DNA of 64,000 bases from Desulfuromonadales bacterium. GTDB lineage: Bacteria; Desulfobacterota; Desulfuromonadia; Desulfuromonadales; SZUA-540. Both the position numbers and the translations under genes were made by a program. The stretch covers positions 1-64,000 of the forward strand of contig JAWSUS010000013.1 of assembly GCA_033549025.1 (NCBI GenBank), given 5' to 3'. The notes below the pieces were generated by a model. The model had not been told where the DNA came from. It saw only the letters and a program-made list of their open reading frames with translations, and made no database searches. This document shows, one piece after another, positions 46,327 through 56,847 of this stretch; position 1 is the stretch's first letter; every line of letters begins with the position of its first letter.

Positions 46327-47554
46327 GTTCCCCCTTGCCGGCGGGTTCTGCGGAGAGACCGCGATATTCGTACTTGCGACGGATGTTGCTGACCAGCCCC
46401 TGGGGCCGGAAGATCATCATCAGCACCATCACTGCCCCGAACACCAGCATGCGGTAGTCGGAAAAGGCCCGCAGGTACTCGGGCATGAGGATCAGCACCA
46501 GGGCCGCCACGATCACCCCGACGATGGAGCCCATGCCGCCAAGGACGACGATGGAGAGCACGATGGCCGACTCCATGAAGGTGAAGCTGTTGGGGTTGAT
46601 GTAGGTGTTGCGGGCGGCGAAGATGACCCCCACCAGTCCGGCCCAGAAGGCGCCGAGGGCGTAGGCAGACAGCTTGGTGCGGGCCATGTCGATGCCCATG
46701 GCCACACAGGCGATCTCGTCCTCGCGCAGGGCGATCCAGGCCCGGCCGATGCGGGAATCTTTGAGGCGGTTGACGACGAAGATGGTGAACAGCACCAGCA
46801 GGATCATCAGGTAGTAGGTATAGATCGTCGCCCCTTCGATACTCATGTCAAGGCCGAAGAGACCGGGCCGGTCGATATTGGCGATCCCTTTGGCCCCGCT
46901 GGTAACGACTTCCCAGTTCTCGATGACGATTTTAGCGATGGACCCGAAGCCGAGGGTGACGATGGCGAGATAGTCACCGCGCAACCGAAGAATGGGGAAG
47001 CCCAGCAGGGTGCCGAGCAGAGCGCCGGCCAAGCCGCCCAGAGGGAGGCAGATCCAGAATCCGAAGCCGAACTGGGTGTTGAACAGGGCGTAGGTGTAGG
47101 CCCCGATGGCGAAGAAGGCGACGTAGCCCAGATCGAGCAGACCGGCCAGCCCGACGGTGATATTGAGGCCCAGTCCCAGCACGACAAAAATCAGGGCCAG
47201 CACCATAATGTTGACCTGGTAGACGTCAAAGATCCAGGGGAAGAGGATCGCAAAGGCCAGGACGGCCCCGATGAGGGGACGGTAGATCCTGGCCTCTTCC
47301 AGAATGCGCTGGCCGATTCCCGGCCGCACCTCTTCTTCTCCCATTTCCATCTTTTTCGAACGTTTCGCCCGCCGCGCCAGAGCCCAGCGCCAGATGAAAG
47401 AAAGCGCAAAGGCGCCGAGGCCGACCCAGAGGACATTGAACCAGCGCCACTCCACCAGGTTCTTGAGGGTATTGACCTTCACCACCACGAAGGGAAAGGT
47501 GAGGAACATGAACCAGAGCGCAATGCCGAGAGAATGTTTGATGTGTGCCAGCAT
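46319..47554 (-). CDS. livM: Branched-chain amino acid ABC transporter permease
   Basis: GLAGLLDLGYVAFF, LRLRGDYLAIVTLGF. Confidence 0.93.
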   Translation of the reverse strand: MLAHIKHSLGIALWFMFLTFPFVVVKVNTLKNLVEWRWFNVLWVGLGAFALSFIWRWALARRAKRSKKMEMGEEEVRPGIGQRILEEARIYRPLIGAVLAFAILFPWIFDVYQVNIMVLALIFVVLGLGLNITVGLAGLLDLGYVAFFAIGAYTYALFNTQFGFGFWICLPLGGLAGALLGTLLGFPILRLRGDYLAIVTLGFGSIAKIVIENWEVVTSGAKGIANIDRPGLFGLDMSIEGATIYTYYLMILLVLFTIFVVNRLKDSRIGRAWIALREDEIACVAMGIDMARTKLSAYALGAFWAGLVGVIFAARNTYINPNSFTFMESAIVLSIVVLGGMGSIVGVIVAALVLILMPEYLRAFSDYRMLVFGAVMVLMMIFRPQGLVSNIRRKYEYRGLSAEPAGKGEHG

Positions 47555-47574
47555 GGTTTAAACTCCCGCCACCC

Positions 47575-48477
47575 TCAGACCTTCTGCTTGACGGCCTTGC
47601 CCAGCAGGCCGGCCGGTCGCAGGATGAGGATCAGAACGAGGACGCCGAAGGCAAAGACGTCCTCATAGGCGCTCGACACGTAACCGGCGGCGAAGGCTTC
47701 CGCCAGTCCCAGCACCAGGCCGCCGAGGGCGGCGCCGGGAATATTGCCGATGCCGCCCAGCACCGCAGCAGTAAAGGCTTTGACGCCGGCCATGAAGCCG
47801 ATGTAGAAGTTGATCTGCCCGATATAGGAGCCCACCAGCACCCCACCGATGGCCGCCAGCACCGAGCCGATGATGAAGGTCATGGAGATGACCCGGTCGA
47901 CGTTGATCCCCACCAGCCGGGCCATGATGAGATCCTGCTGGGTCGCCCGCATCGCCTTGCCGATGCGCGTGTACTTGATCAGCACGGTCAGCCCGATCAT
48001 GCTCAGGGCGCTGGTCACCAGAATCACCAGTTCGGCCGAGCCCATGATGTGGGCAATAGGTTCCATAAAGGCGAAATCGGGCACGAGCTGCGGAAAGGGG
48101 AGAAAGTCCGGCGTCTGCGCCAGCAGGACGTAATTTTGCAGAAAGAGCGACATGCCGATGGCGCTGATCAACGGCGACAGCCGCGGGGCGTTGCGCAGGG
48201 GCCGGTAGGCGATGCGTTCAAGGGTGAAGCCATAGGCGGCGGCGTAGATGACGGCGATAAGGGCGGCCAGGATGAGGATGGACACCCCGGAAAATCCGTA
48301 GATGGTCAAAACGCCGGAGACGATCAGAGCCACGAAGGCGCCGATCATGTAGATCTCGCCATGGGCGAAGTTGATCAGCTGGATGATGCCGTACACCATG
48401 GTGTAGCCCAGGGCGATGAGGGCATAGATGCTCCCCCGGGTCAGGCCGCTCAGAAAGAGTTCGAGAAAGTAGTCCAT
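47575..48477 (-). CDS. livH: Branched-chain amino acid ABC transporter permease
   Basis: YALIALGYTMVYG..INFAHGE, AAVLGGIG. Confidence 0.93.
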   Translation of the reverse strand: MDYFLELFLSGLTRGSIYALIALGYTMVYGIIQLINFAHGEIYMIGAFVALIVSGVLTIYGFSGVSILILAALIAVIYAAAYGFTLERIAYRPLRNAPRLSPLISAIGMSLFLQNYVLLAQTPDFLPFPQLVPDFAFMEPIAHIMGSAELVILVTSALSMIGLTVLIKYTRIGKAMRATQQDLIMARLVGINVDRVISMTFIIGSVLAAIGGVLVGSYIGQINFYIGFMAGVKAFTAAVLGGIGNIPGAALGGLVLGLAEAFAAGYVSSAYEDVFAFGVLVLILILRPAGLLGKAVKQKV

Positions 48478-48488
48478 ACGACTCCAGC

Positions 48489-48520
48489 AAAAAGGGGGGC
48501 AGGCCTGCGCCTGTCCCCCC
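48489..48520 (-). terminator. Intra-operon hairpin/terminator after the binding-protein gene
   Basis: GGGGGGACAGGC-N4-GCCTGCCCCCC followed by TTTTT on the minus strand. Confidence 0.7.
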
Positions 48521-48525
48521 GTGCG

Positions 48526-49650
48526 TTACTGAACTTCGACGAAATGGCCGCCCTTGACCTGGTAGACGGAAAAGCCGACCCCTTCGGCATCGCCGCGGGC
48601 GTCGAAGCGGATCTTGCCCAGCGTCGTGTCGACATAGGAAGTCTTGAGAGCGTCCGAAAGCTTGGCGTAGTCGACACCGCCCGCCACCTTGATGGCGTTG
48701 AGGGCGGCCTGGATGGCGGCATAGCCCTGGTCGTAAAAGGTACCCGGTTCCTTGCCATACTTGGCCTTGTAGGCATCACGGGCCTCATTGTTAAGGGGGA
48801 AGCGGGAAACGTCCATGGGGCCGGTGGCATAGACGCCCTCGGCGTTGGCGCCGGCAATTTCGAGAAAGCCATCCCCCTTGATGCCGTCGGGGCCGATGAA
48901 GGCGACGTCAACACGCTTCTTCTTCATCTGCCCCACCAGTTTGGACGCCTCGGGGTGATAACCCCCAAAAATAACCGCATCCGCTCCTTCGCGGCGGATC
49001 TTCTGCACGACGGCCGAGTAATCCATGGCGCCGGGGGTAATCCCTTCGTACATCACCACTTTGGCCAGACCACCCTGCTCGATGGTCTGCTGGGCGAAGT
49101 CCGCGAACCCCTTGCCGTAATCCCCCTTGTCATGAATGAGGGCGACCTTCTTGGCCCCGAGCTGGCCGGTGACGAACTCGGCTGCGAGCTTGCCCTGCAT
49201 ATCGTCGGAGGCAATGGTGCGGTAGAAGTTGGGATATTCCCCGCTCTGGGTCAAGGTCGGGGTCGTAGCGGAGGGGGAGATGGCGATAACGTTGGCTTCC
49301 TTGTAGATGCCGAGAGCGGCCTTGGTGGCGCCGGAGCAGACATGGCCGATGACAACGGCGGCGCCCTGGGACACCAGCCGGGTCGCCACGTTGGTGGCAA
49401 TTTCGGGTTTGCATTGGTCATCGAGGAGCAGCAGCTCGATCTGGCGGCCCAGCACGCCGCCTTCGGCGTTGACCTGCTCAGCCACCAGCTGGACAGCCTC
49501 CATGGTCGGGATGCCGTAGGGGGCCAGGTCACCGGTATGGGGGCCGGCCACGCCTATTTTAAAAGTGTCCGCCGCCCAGGCCGGAGCCGTCAGGACAAAG
49601 AGACAAAGACAGAGGATGGAAAAAACGCGTCTGCTACGATAGAAGCTCAT
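48526..49650 (-). CDS. livK: Branched-chain amino acid ABC substrate-binding protein (LivK/LivJ family)
   Basis: Signal peptide AWA-A; IGVAGPHTG, DDQCKP, GHVCSG; start at 49650 after AGGAGG. Confidence 0.9.
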   Translation of the reverse strand: MSFYRSRRVFSILCLCLFVLTAPAWAADTFKIGVAGPHTGDLAPYGIPTMEAVQLVAEQVNAEGGVLGRQIELLLLDDQCKPEIATNVATRLVSQGAAVVIGHVCSGATKAALGIYKEANVIAISPSATTPTLTQSGEYPNFYRTIASDDMQGKLAAEFVTGQLGAKKVALIHDKGDYGKGFADFAQQTIEQGGLAKVVMYEGITPGAMDYSAVVQKIRREGADAVIFGGYHPEASKLVGQMKKKRVDVAFIGPDGIKGDGFLEIAGANAEGVYATGPMDVSRFPLNNEARDAYKAKYGKEPGTFYDQGYAAIQAALNAIKVAGGVDYAKLSDALKTSYVDTTLGKIRFDARGDAEGVGFSVYQVKGGHFVEVQ

Positions 49651-50031
49651 ACTTTCCTCCTGGTCAGAAAAATAAACCGCACTTGTGAACCAACCGTTCA
49701 AGGTATAGCTTTAATCCCCAGCCTCCGTCAAGAGCTAATCCCATGAAATAACGATGAAATTCATTCAAAAAACACGATAAGTCCGAACACCTCGTGGACC
49801 TGCCGTGATCTTTTCAGCGCCGGTTTCTCGCCGCACCGTTATGGGCCGACTTCATTCCCAAAGAAGTTTACCGCTTTTTCTGGGAGAAAAAGCGCCTCGC
49901 TTTCGCCGACAGTCCCCGAGGTTGTGAAAAATACTCTTAAACGTGGAAATCGAAGCCAAAGAGGGAAACCGTGACATGGATCGCGGTTAATGAATCGGAT
50001 CTTTTGCTGCAAAAACCTTGACTTTTAGCTC

Positions 50032-50060
50032 TTGTCCACCATCTTTTGCCATGGTATAAG
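50032..50060 (+). promoter_or_regulatory. Putative sigma-70 promoter
   Basis: TTGTCC-N17-TATAAG with extended TG, upstream of the small Cys protein and ABC operon. Confidence 0.5.
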
Positions 50061-50120
50061 CTGCTTGTTCAGCCCTTTTAATACCGGGGCGGCCTTGATA
50101 ATTCGGAAAGGGGGCATACT

Positions 50121-50276
50121 ATGAATCGTGGACGCAAGGAACCCGTGCAGGTGGTCTGCCCCAAATGCCGCTTTACCGAGATCGTCTATCTGCCCATGGA
50201 AGACCTGCCCCGCTGCCCTGAATGCAACACGCCCATGATCATCCAGGAACTGCTGGATGAAGGAAAATCCTACTGA
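50121..50276 (+). CDS. 51-aa zinc-ribbon/rubredoxin-like microprotein (absent from the ORF track)
   Basis: MNRGRKEPVQVVCPKCRFTEIVYLPMEDLPRCPECNTPMIIQELLDEGKSY; two CPxC motifs; purine-rich RBS; GC-biased third positions. Confidence 0.85.
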   Translation: MNRGRKEPVQVVCPKCRFTEIVYLPMEDLPRCPECNTPMIIQELLDEGKSY

Positions 50277-50312
50277 CGACAAGAAGGTTTATTCATCCCA
50301 AGGAGAGACGTC

Positions 50313-51110
50313 ATGAAACGATTGACTTTGCTGCTGCTCCCCCTGCTACTTCTGCTGGCCCTCGCACCGGTCTCGATGGCCGACACCCTTGACGACATCA
50401 AGGAGAGAGGCGTGCTGCGCGTCGGCATGGAGCCGGGCTACATGCCCTTTGAACTGACCAACCAGAAGGGCGAGATCATCGGCTTCGATCCCGATGTGGC
50501 TAAACGCATGGCCAAAAAACTCGGCGTCAAACTGGAACTGGTCAGCACGGCCTGGGACGGCATCATCCCCTCGCTGATGACCGGCAAGTTCGACATCATC
50601 ATGAGCGGCATGACCATCACGGACGAGCGGGCCGAGGTGGTTGACTTCGCCAATCCCTACATCATCATCGGCCAGACGGTCCTGCTGCGCAAGGATCTCG
50701 CCGGCGAAGTAACTTCCTACAAAACCCTCAACGACCCCAAGTACAAGATCGCTTCCAAACTGGGCACCACCGGTGAGTTCGCCGCCAAGGAGACCTTTCC
50801 CGACGCCCAGTACTTCTCCTACGAGACCGAGCAGGAGGCCGTCATGGAGGTCGTCAGCGGCAAAATTGACGCCTTCATCTACGATTCCCCCTACAACGCC
50901 GTGGCCTTCGCCGAAAAGGGTCAGGGCAAGCTGGTCTTTCTTGACCAGCCTTTCACCGAAGAGCGCATCGGTTGGGCCGTACGCAAGGGCAATCCCAAGA
51001 TGATCGCCTTTCTCAATGCCTATCTGGAGGAAATCAAGGCCGACGGCACCTATGACAAGATCTACACCAAGTGGTTCAAGGACGACACCTGGCTGAAGGA
51101 ACTCCAGTAA
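50313..51110 (+). CDS. Polar amino acid ABC substrate-binding protein (family 3)
   Basis: Signal peptide; GFDPD, WDGIIPSL..GKFD, MTITDER. Confidence 0.93.
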   Translation: MKRLTLLLLPLLLLLALAPVSMADTLDDIKERGVLRVGMEPGYMPFELTNQKGEIIGFDPDVAKRMAKKLGVKLELVSTAWDGIIPSLMTGKFDIIMSGMTITDERAEVVDFANPYIIIGQTVLLRKDLAGEVTSYKTLNDPKYKIASKLGTTGEFAAKETFPDAQYFSYETEQEAVMEVVSGKIDAFIYDSPYNAVAFAEKGQGKLVFLDQPFTEERIGWAVRKGNPKMIAFLNAYLEEIKADGTYDKIYTKWFKDDTWLKELQ

Positions 51111-51179
51111 GATCCCTCGCCAGAGATTAACGACAACGGCCCCGCCAGGGGCCGCTTGATTTAAGGAAGACCTGACGTT

Positions 51180-52139
51180 TTGAATTCCGGCCATCATCTT
51201 TTTTATTCGAAGCTTCTGCTCGCCGCCATCCTTATCCTGGTGGCGGCGGGAATGTGGGGCGCCACGGCCCGGGTGGACTACACCTGGCGCTGGGAACGCG
51301 TCCCCCAGTATTTCCTCTACAAGGGGGAAGATATTCATAAAGCCGGCGAGGATGGCCGGGTGGACCAATTGCAGGTCCAGGGGAAAAGCGCCCTCATCCA
51401 GATGCGGTACGACAACGGCGAGACCGAAGAATTCACCGTTGAGGCGGACACGGTAAAGGTGACCGCCGGCGAAGAACTCTTCGAAGGGGACATCCTCGGT
51501 TTCAGCTCCAGCTGGCATATCGGCCCACTGATTCAGGGGCTGTGGGTCACCCTGTGGCTCTCCCTGCTGTCAAGCATTCTCGGTCTGGCCCTGGGCCTGG
51601 TGACGGGCCTGTGCCGCGTGTCGAAGAACTACGTCCTCAAAAGCCTGGCTTCCCTTTACGTCGAGTTGATTCGCGGCACCCCCCTGCTGGTACAGATCTT
51701 TATCTTCTATTTCTTCATCGGCACGGTGCTCAACCTCGACCGCATGGTGGCGGGCATTGGCGCTCTCGGCATTTTTGCCGGCGCCTACATCGCCGAAATC
51801 ATCCGGGCCGGCATTCAGTCCATTCCCCGGGGACAGATGGAAGCCGCCCGCTCCCTGGGCATGACCGTGCCCCAGGCGATGCGTCACATCATCCTGCCGC
51901 AGGCTTTCAAACGCACCCTGCCGCCGCTGGCCGGGCAGTTCATCAGTCTGATCAAGGATTCCTCGCTGGTGTCGGTCATCGCCATCACCGATCTCACCAA
52001 GAGCGGCCGCGAGGTCATCACTTCGTCTTTTGCCACCTTTGAAGTCTGGTTCACGGTGGCCGCTCTCTACCTTGTCGTCACGTCCCTGCTGTCGCAGGTG
52101 GTTTTCTGGATGGAACGGAGGCTTTCGGTCAGTGATTGA
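51180..52139 (+). CDS. Polar amino acid ABC permease
   Basis: [33 protein letters not shown]. Confidence 0.93.
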   Translation: MNSGHHLFYSKLLLAAILILVAAGMWGATARVDYTWRWERVPQYFLYKGEDIHKAGEDGRVDQLQVQGKSALIQMRYDNGETEEFTVEADTVKVTAGEELFEGDILGFSSSWHIGPLIQGLWVTLWLSLLSSILGLALGLVTGLCRVSKNYVLKSLASLYVELIRGTPLLVQIFIFYFFIGTVLNLDRMVAGIGALGIFAGAYIAEIIRAGIQSIPRGQMEAARSLGMTVPQAMRHIILPQAFKRTLPPLAGQFISLIKDSSLVSVIAITDLTKSGREVITSSFATFEVWFTVAALYLVVTSLLSQVVFWMERRLSVSD

Positions 52140-52866
52140 TGCACGGCACGTTGTAAAGACTTTTCACGGGCGCGGCCAGATCGTGCGCGCCGTCGACGAC
52201 GTTTCCACCACCATCGCCAAGGGGGAGGTCGTGGTTGTCATCGGCCCTTCCGGTTCGGGCAAATCGACCTTTCTACGTTGTCTGAACGGCCTGGAAACCT
52301 TCGATTCGGGCCATATCGTCATCGACGGCATGGATCTGGCCGACCGACACACTGACATCAACCAGGTGCGCCGTGAGGTGGGCATGGTCTTCCAGCAGTT
52401 CAACCTCTTTCCCCACAAGACGGTCCTGCAGAACATCACCCTGGCCCAGCAGGTAGTGCGGGGACGCAAAAACGCCGAGGCCGAGGAGACCGCCCGCAAG
52501 CTGCTGAAAAAGGTCGGTATCGCCGAGAAGGAGGCCGAGTATCCGGCCCGCCTCTCCGGCGGTCAGCAGCAGCGTGTGGCCATCGCCCGCGCCCTGGCCA
52601 TGAATCCCAAGGTCATGCTCTTTGACGAACCGACCAGCGCTCTCGATCCCGAGATGGTCGGTGAAGTGCTCGACGTCATGAAACAGCTGGCCCGCGAGGG
52701 GATGACCATGGTGGTGGTGACGCACGAAATGGGCTTCGCCCGCGAGGTGGCGGACCGGGTGCTCTTCATGGATGCGGGCAAACTCGTCGAGGAAGGCACT
52801 CCGCAGGAAATCTTTTCGAATCCGCGGGAAGAGCGCACGAAACTCTTTCTCAATCAAGTTCTGTAA
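52132..52866 (+). CDS. Polar amino acid ABC ATPase (GlnQ family)
   Basis: [32 protein letters not shown] start overlapping the permease. Confidence 0.94.
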   Translation: MIDARHVVKTFHGRGQIVRAVDDVSTTIAKGEVVVVIGPSGSGKSTFLRCLNGLETFDSGHIVIDGMDLADRHTDINQVRREVGMVFQQFNLFPHKTVLQNITLAQQVVRGRKNAEAEETARKLLKKVGIAEKEAEYPARLSGGQQQRVAIARALAMNPKVMLFDEPTSALDPEMVGEVLDVMKQLAREGMTMVVVTHEMGFAREVADRVLFMDAGKLVEEGTPQEIFSNPREERTKLFLNQVL

Positions 52867-52888
52867 GCGCCTTAAACCATCACATCAG

Positions 52889-52915
52889 AAAAGGGCGCCG
52901 GCTGGCGCCCTTTTT
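52889..52915 (+). terminator. Rho-independent terminator
   Basis: AAAAGGGCGCC-ggct-GGCGCCCTTTTT. Confidence 0.85.
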
Positions 52916-52943
52916 ATTTGGGAAAAAGGTCCGAGGAAAGACA

Positions 52944-53681
52944 GTGACACATACGAAAAACGCCGCCGATGAGGCGGGGCAGGATATTTCGCCGGGCTGG
53001 CTGCGCGAGGGACTGGCCGCCGCCGCCCCCATCGCCCTCGGCTACTTTCCCCTGGGCATGGCCATGGGCGTACTGGGCCAGAAAGCCGGACTCTCGGCCG
53101 GCATGGTCACCCTGATGTCGCTGCTGGTCTATGCCGGAAGTGCCCAGTTCATCGCCGTGGCCATGCTGGGGACGGGAGCGGGACCGGGGGCGATCATCCT
53201 GACCACCTTCGTCGTCAACTTCCGCCATCTGCTCATGAGCTTCGCCCTGTCGGTGCCCCTGCGCGGGGCACGTCGCGGTTTTTTGTCCCTCTTTTCCTAC
53301 GGCATCACCGACGAGACCTTCGCGGTCAACATGACCCGCTTCCGCCAGGACGGCTGGGATCGACGGCGCGCCCTGGTGGTCAACGAAGGCTCCCACCTGG
53401 CCTGGGTCGGCGCCACCACCTGTGGGGCCTGGGCCGGGGCCTTTATTCCCGCCGGCGCCTTCGGCATCGACTATGCCCTGGTGGCGATGTTCCTCTGCCT
53501 GCTGGTCTTTCAGCTGCAGGGGCGCCTCTATGTACTGACCGCCCTGGCCACCGCCATCCTTTCCGTCGTCCTCTACCTGTTCGTTCCCGGCAACGCCTAC
53601 GTGGTGCTGGCTTCGGTGGGTGGCGCCACCATCGGCTTTCTGCTGCAGAAACGCAAAAACCGCACGCGGAGGACGTCATGA
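52944..53681 (+). CDS. azlC: AzlC family amino acid exporter
   Basis: YAGSAQF, NFRHLLM, ITDETFA. Confidence 0.9.
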   Translation: MTHTKNAADEAGQDISPGWLREGLAAAAPIALGYFPLGMAMGVLGQKAGLSAGMVTLMSLLVYAGSAQFIAVAMLGTGAGPGAIILTTFVVNFRHLLMSFALSVPLRGARRGFLSLFSYGITDETFAVNMTRFRQDGWDRRRALVVNEGSHLAWVGATTCGAWAGAFIPAGAFGIDYALVAMFLCLLVFQLQGRLYVLTALATAILSVVLYLFVPGNAYVVLASVGGATIGFLLQKRKNRTRRTS

Positions 53682-53998
53682 GTCTGGTGGACTATCTGCT
53701 GCTGGTCGCCGGCATGGGAGCCGTGACCTACATCCCCCGCTGGCTCCCCCTCTTTGCCCTGGCCCAGCGCCGACTGCCTCAGGGGCTGGTCGACTGGCTG
53801 CGACTGATCCCCGTCGCCATCCTCAGCGCGCTGGTGGCTCCCGCCCTGCTGACCGACAGCGCCACGCGCACCCTGTCCTTTGGTAAGCCCGAATTCTGGG
53901 TTGCCATCCCTACCCTCTTCTTCGCCTGGCGGACCCGCTCCCTGGCCGGTACCGTCATCTTCGGCATGGTCCTGTTCTGGCTGGCCGGAAAATTTTAA
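53678..53998 (+). CDS. azlD: AzlD family membrane protein
   Basis: VTYIPRWLP, PVAILSAL; ATGA overlap with azlC. Confidence 0.88.
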   Translation: MSLVDYLLLVAGMGAVTYIPRWLPLFALAQRRLPQGLVDWLRLIPVAILSALVAPALLTDSATRTLSFGKPEFWVAIPTLFFAWRTRSLAGTVIFGMVLFWLAGKF

Positions 53999-54010
53999 AA
54001 ACCCGGAGGA

Positions 54011-54463
54011 TCAGGAGGTCGCCGCTGTTTCGTGGCTGGGACGGCGCGGCACGACGGCCAGAGTCAAACGCGAGATGCAGACCAGCTGGCCCTGTTCATT
54101 GCTGATACGGATTTCCCACACCTGGGAACGGCCGCCGATATGGATGGGCGTGGCGAGGCCGGTGACAAAGCCCTTGCGCACCGGGCGCAGGCGGTTGGCG
54201 TTAATCTCTTGACCGACGCAGACCTGACGTTCCTGATTCACGCAGAGGTTGCCGGCGATGCTGCCCAGATGCTCGGCCAACGCGACGGAGGCGCCGCCGT
54301 GCAGAACACCGAAAGGCTGATGCACCCGCGCCGCCACCGGCATACGCGCCACCAGAGTCTTCTCGCCGATCTCGGTAAATTCGATCCCCAGATACTCTCC
54401 CAGGTTCCCCGCCGACAGGGCGTTGATTTCTGCCAGGGCATATTCTTTGAACCAGATGGCCAT
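54011..54463 (-). CDS. Hotdog-fold thioesterase (PaaI/MenI-YdiI family)
   Basis: QPFGVLHGGASVALAE. Confidence 0.9.
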   Translation of the reverse strand: MAIWFKEYALAEINALSAGNLGEYLGIEFTEIGEKTLVARMPVAARVHQPFGVLHGGASVALAEHLGSIAGNLCVNQERQVCVGQEINANRLRPVRKGFVTGLATPIHIGGRSQVWEIRISNEQGQLVCISRLTLAVVPRRPSHETAATS

Positions 54464-54585
54464 AGTGCAATTCTCCCCCTGATATTTTGGTCCAAGCTCT
54501 CGCCTTCCAGCGATTTTCTGTTTGAATGGGTAAAAAGAAGCACGGACGAGAACGTTTTTTCTGCGCGCTGAGTGGGGGGAAGACG

Positions 54586-55257
54586 ATGAGAGAAAACCCC
54601 ATGCGGAAAATGCTGCGGGTCATCGACCTGGAATACGGCCAGACCGCCTATGTCACGGGGCGCCTCAAGGCACCTCCCCGTATACTCGAAGCCATGGCCC
54701 GTGTGCCCCGGGACGCTTTCGTGCCGGCAGAAATGAAAGCCCGCGCCTATGACAACAACGCGCTCCCCATCGGCCGGGGACAGACCATCTCCCAGCCCTT
54801 CATCGTGGCGCTGATGACCGACCTGCTGGAGACCGAACCGGATGACGTCATCCTCGAAATCGGCACGGGCTCAGGCTACCAGGCGGCGGTTCTGTCTCAG
54901 TTGGTAAAACAGGTCTACAGCCTGGAGATTCTCCCTGAACTGGCCGAGCGCAGCGCTCGCCTGCTGGCGGAACAGGGCTGCGCCAACGTGGAGGTCATCT
55001 GCGCCGACGGTACCAAGGGTCTGCCGGCGCGTGCGCCCTTTGACGGCATCATCGTCACGGCCGCCGCTGGCCACATTCCGCCGGCCTTGCCGAAACAGTT
55101 GAAGACGGGTGCTCGCCTGGTCATCCCCGTGGGACCTCCTTACGGACACCAGGAGCTGCTGGTGGTCGACAGAGAGGACGACGAAAAAATTCGCAGCCGC
55201 TCCGTCCTCGGCGTGGTTTTCGTCCCCCTGACGGGCGCCGGGTGGACCGACGCCTAG
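54586..55257 (+). CDS. pcm: Protein-L-isoaspartate O-methyltransferase
   Basis: GQTISQP, LEIGTGSGYQAA, APFDGIIVTAA, FVPL; start at 54586 or 54601. Confidence 0.92.
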   Translation: MRENPMRKMLRVIDLEYGQTAYVTGRLKAPPRILEAMARVPRDAFVPAEMKARAYDNNALPIGRGQTISQPFIVALMTDLLETEPDDVILEIGTGSGYQAAVLSQLVKQVYSLEILPELAERSARLLAEQGCANVEVICADGTKGLPARAPFDGIIVTAAAGHIPPALPKQLKTGARLVIPVGPPYGHQELLVVDREDDEKIRSRSVLGVVFVPLTGAGWTDA

Positions 55258-55271
55258 ACGAGCAGCGGCGC

Positions 55272-56165
55272 TCAGCCCGGGATAACGTCTTCCGGCGGCT
55301 CGCCGCTCTCGCCCCCATCATCCCCAGCGGTCTGCTGATCGTCCGGCACCTCCAGGCTGATGCGGCCGATCTTTCCGCCGCGCAGTTCGAAGAGCAGAAT
55401 CTCGGCGGCCCGATGACGGTCGACCTCGCCGCCGGCCACCAGGCAACCCCGCCGGCGACCGATCTCGTGCAGCATATCGGAAGGCGTCGGCGGCAGTTCC
55501 GTCAGGCGGTAACGGGTCTTCAGCCCTTCCGGGTAACGGCGGGCCAGATAATCCAGCACAAAGAGCGCTACCTCGGGATATTCCATGACCGTGTCGCCGA
55601 TGGCGCCACTGGCGGCGAGACGGTAGGCGCCATCCTGGTCAGCCAGGTTGGGCCAGAGGATGCCCGGTGTATCGGACAGAACGATGCCGTTTTTCAGATC
55701 GATATGCTGCTGGCTCTTGGTGATGGCCGGCTTGTCACCCACCTTGGCGATGGCGCGACCGGCCAGGGTATTGATGAGCGTGGACTTGCCCACGTTGGGG
55801 ATGCCCACCACCATGACCCGCAGAGGCTTGCCGGGGACACCGCGGTGGGGCGCCAGGCTGCGGATCAGCTTGAGCAGACGCGGCACCGAGGCCCGGCTTT
55901 TCGCCTCGAGGGCGATGGCCTTCACCCCGTGTTGGCGCTCGAAAAAAACACCCCACTGACGGGTCACTTCGGGATCGGCCAGGTCGGCCTTGTTGAGCAA
56001 CTTGATGCAGGGTTTGTTGCCACGCAGCTCGGCCAGCAGCGGATTGGCACTGGAGGCGGGCAAGCGGGCATCGAGCACCTCGATGACGACATCGATGGTG
56101 CGCATGGTCTCGCTGATCAACCGCCGGGCCTTGTTCATGTGCCCGGGATACCATTTTATGGCCAT
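55272..56165 (-). CDS. ylqF: Ribosome biogenesis GTPase YlqF/RbgA
   Basis: WYPGHM, DAR.P, NKADL, GIPNVGKS, DTPG (circularly permuted GTPase). Confidence 0.95.
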   Translation of the reverse strand: MAIKWYPGHMNKARRLISETMRTIDVVIEVLDARLPASSANPLLAELRGNKPCIKLLNKADLADPEVTRQWGVFFERQHGVKAIALEAKSRASVPRLLKLIRSLAPHRGVPGKPLRVMVVGIPNVGKSTLINTLAGRAIAKVGDKPAITKSQQHIDLKNGIVLSDTPGILWPNLADQDGAYRLAASGAIGDTVMEYPEVALFVLDYLARRYPEGLKTRYRLTELPPTPSDMLHEIGRRRGCLVAGGEVDRHRAAEILLFELRGGKIGRISLEVPDDQQTAGDDGGESGEPPEDVIPG

Positions 56166-56493
56166 GGGGTTCTTCGCTTTCGTTCAGTTCGATTTTAAGG
56201 TCAGGGGTCTTACTGTTCAGATGCACAGATGGGCGACGTGTCTTGATTCCGGCAATTTTACGAATCCGCACGTGGCCGCGAGGGCAGACACCGGGTATAG
56301 TTTAACCATCAACGGATGCTTGTGGCAGAGCAGACGGTAGATAAAAAAACCTTCTTCATCACAGCAGCTCCTTTGGCGCGTCGAATTGCCCTCCTGATCG
56401 ACGCGTCTTTTTTTATCCGCGCCCTTCCCACAAAGAAACACCCACCAGCCTGCTTGTGACCAGTGGGTGCCCCGTCGGAAAACGTCTGAAAAG

Positions 56494-56847
56494 TTATTTC
56501 CCTTCCGCCGCCTTGAAGGCCTGCAGGTACTTCTGCAGAATCCGCCGGCCCCGCTCATCGATTTCCGTGAACTCGATCCCCGAGCAGATGCCCTCGTCAG
56601 GACAGAACTCCTCGTGCACTACCGAGCCCTTGAGCTCCACCACTTCATCCTCGAGCCCCAGGGTCAGCAGAACGGTATGGTAATCTTCCAACGGCACATG
56701 CGTCTGCAGCATCAAACCTTTTTCACAGACATTGCGGGTGCGCCCCATCCCCTGATCCACCACCTGGCCGTTCTGGTCCAAAACCACGTAATCCAGAAAG
56801 TTCAGGGAATCCTTCCGTTCTGACTCCCGCCGGTCCTGATTCTCCAT
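56494..56847 (-). CDS. PilZ-domain protein
   Basis: RRESER (RxxxR) and NVCEKG (D/NxSxxG-like), GIEF; GGGGAG RBS. Confidence 0.82.
   Translation of the reverse strand: MENQDRRESERKDSLNFLDYVVLDQNGQVVDQGMGRTRNVCEKGLMLQTHVPLEDYHTVLLTLGLEDEVVELKGSVVHEEFCPDEGICSGIEFTEIDERGRRILQKYLQAFKAAEGK

Noticed and set aside
47545..49746. 733-aa plus-strand ORF and similar long antisense ORFs (7905-9260, 13439-14755, 15595-17052, 41595-42956, 56906-58297)
   Set aside because: Each lies opposite well-supported genes and shows no independent coding signal.
54186..54200. Thioesterase NANRLR where NANHLR is usual
   Set aside because: A single substitution; the HGG..E catalytic motif is intact and significance cannot be judged from sequence alone.
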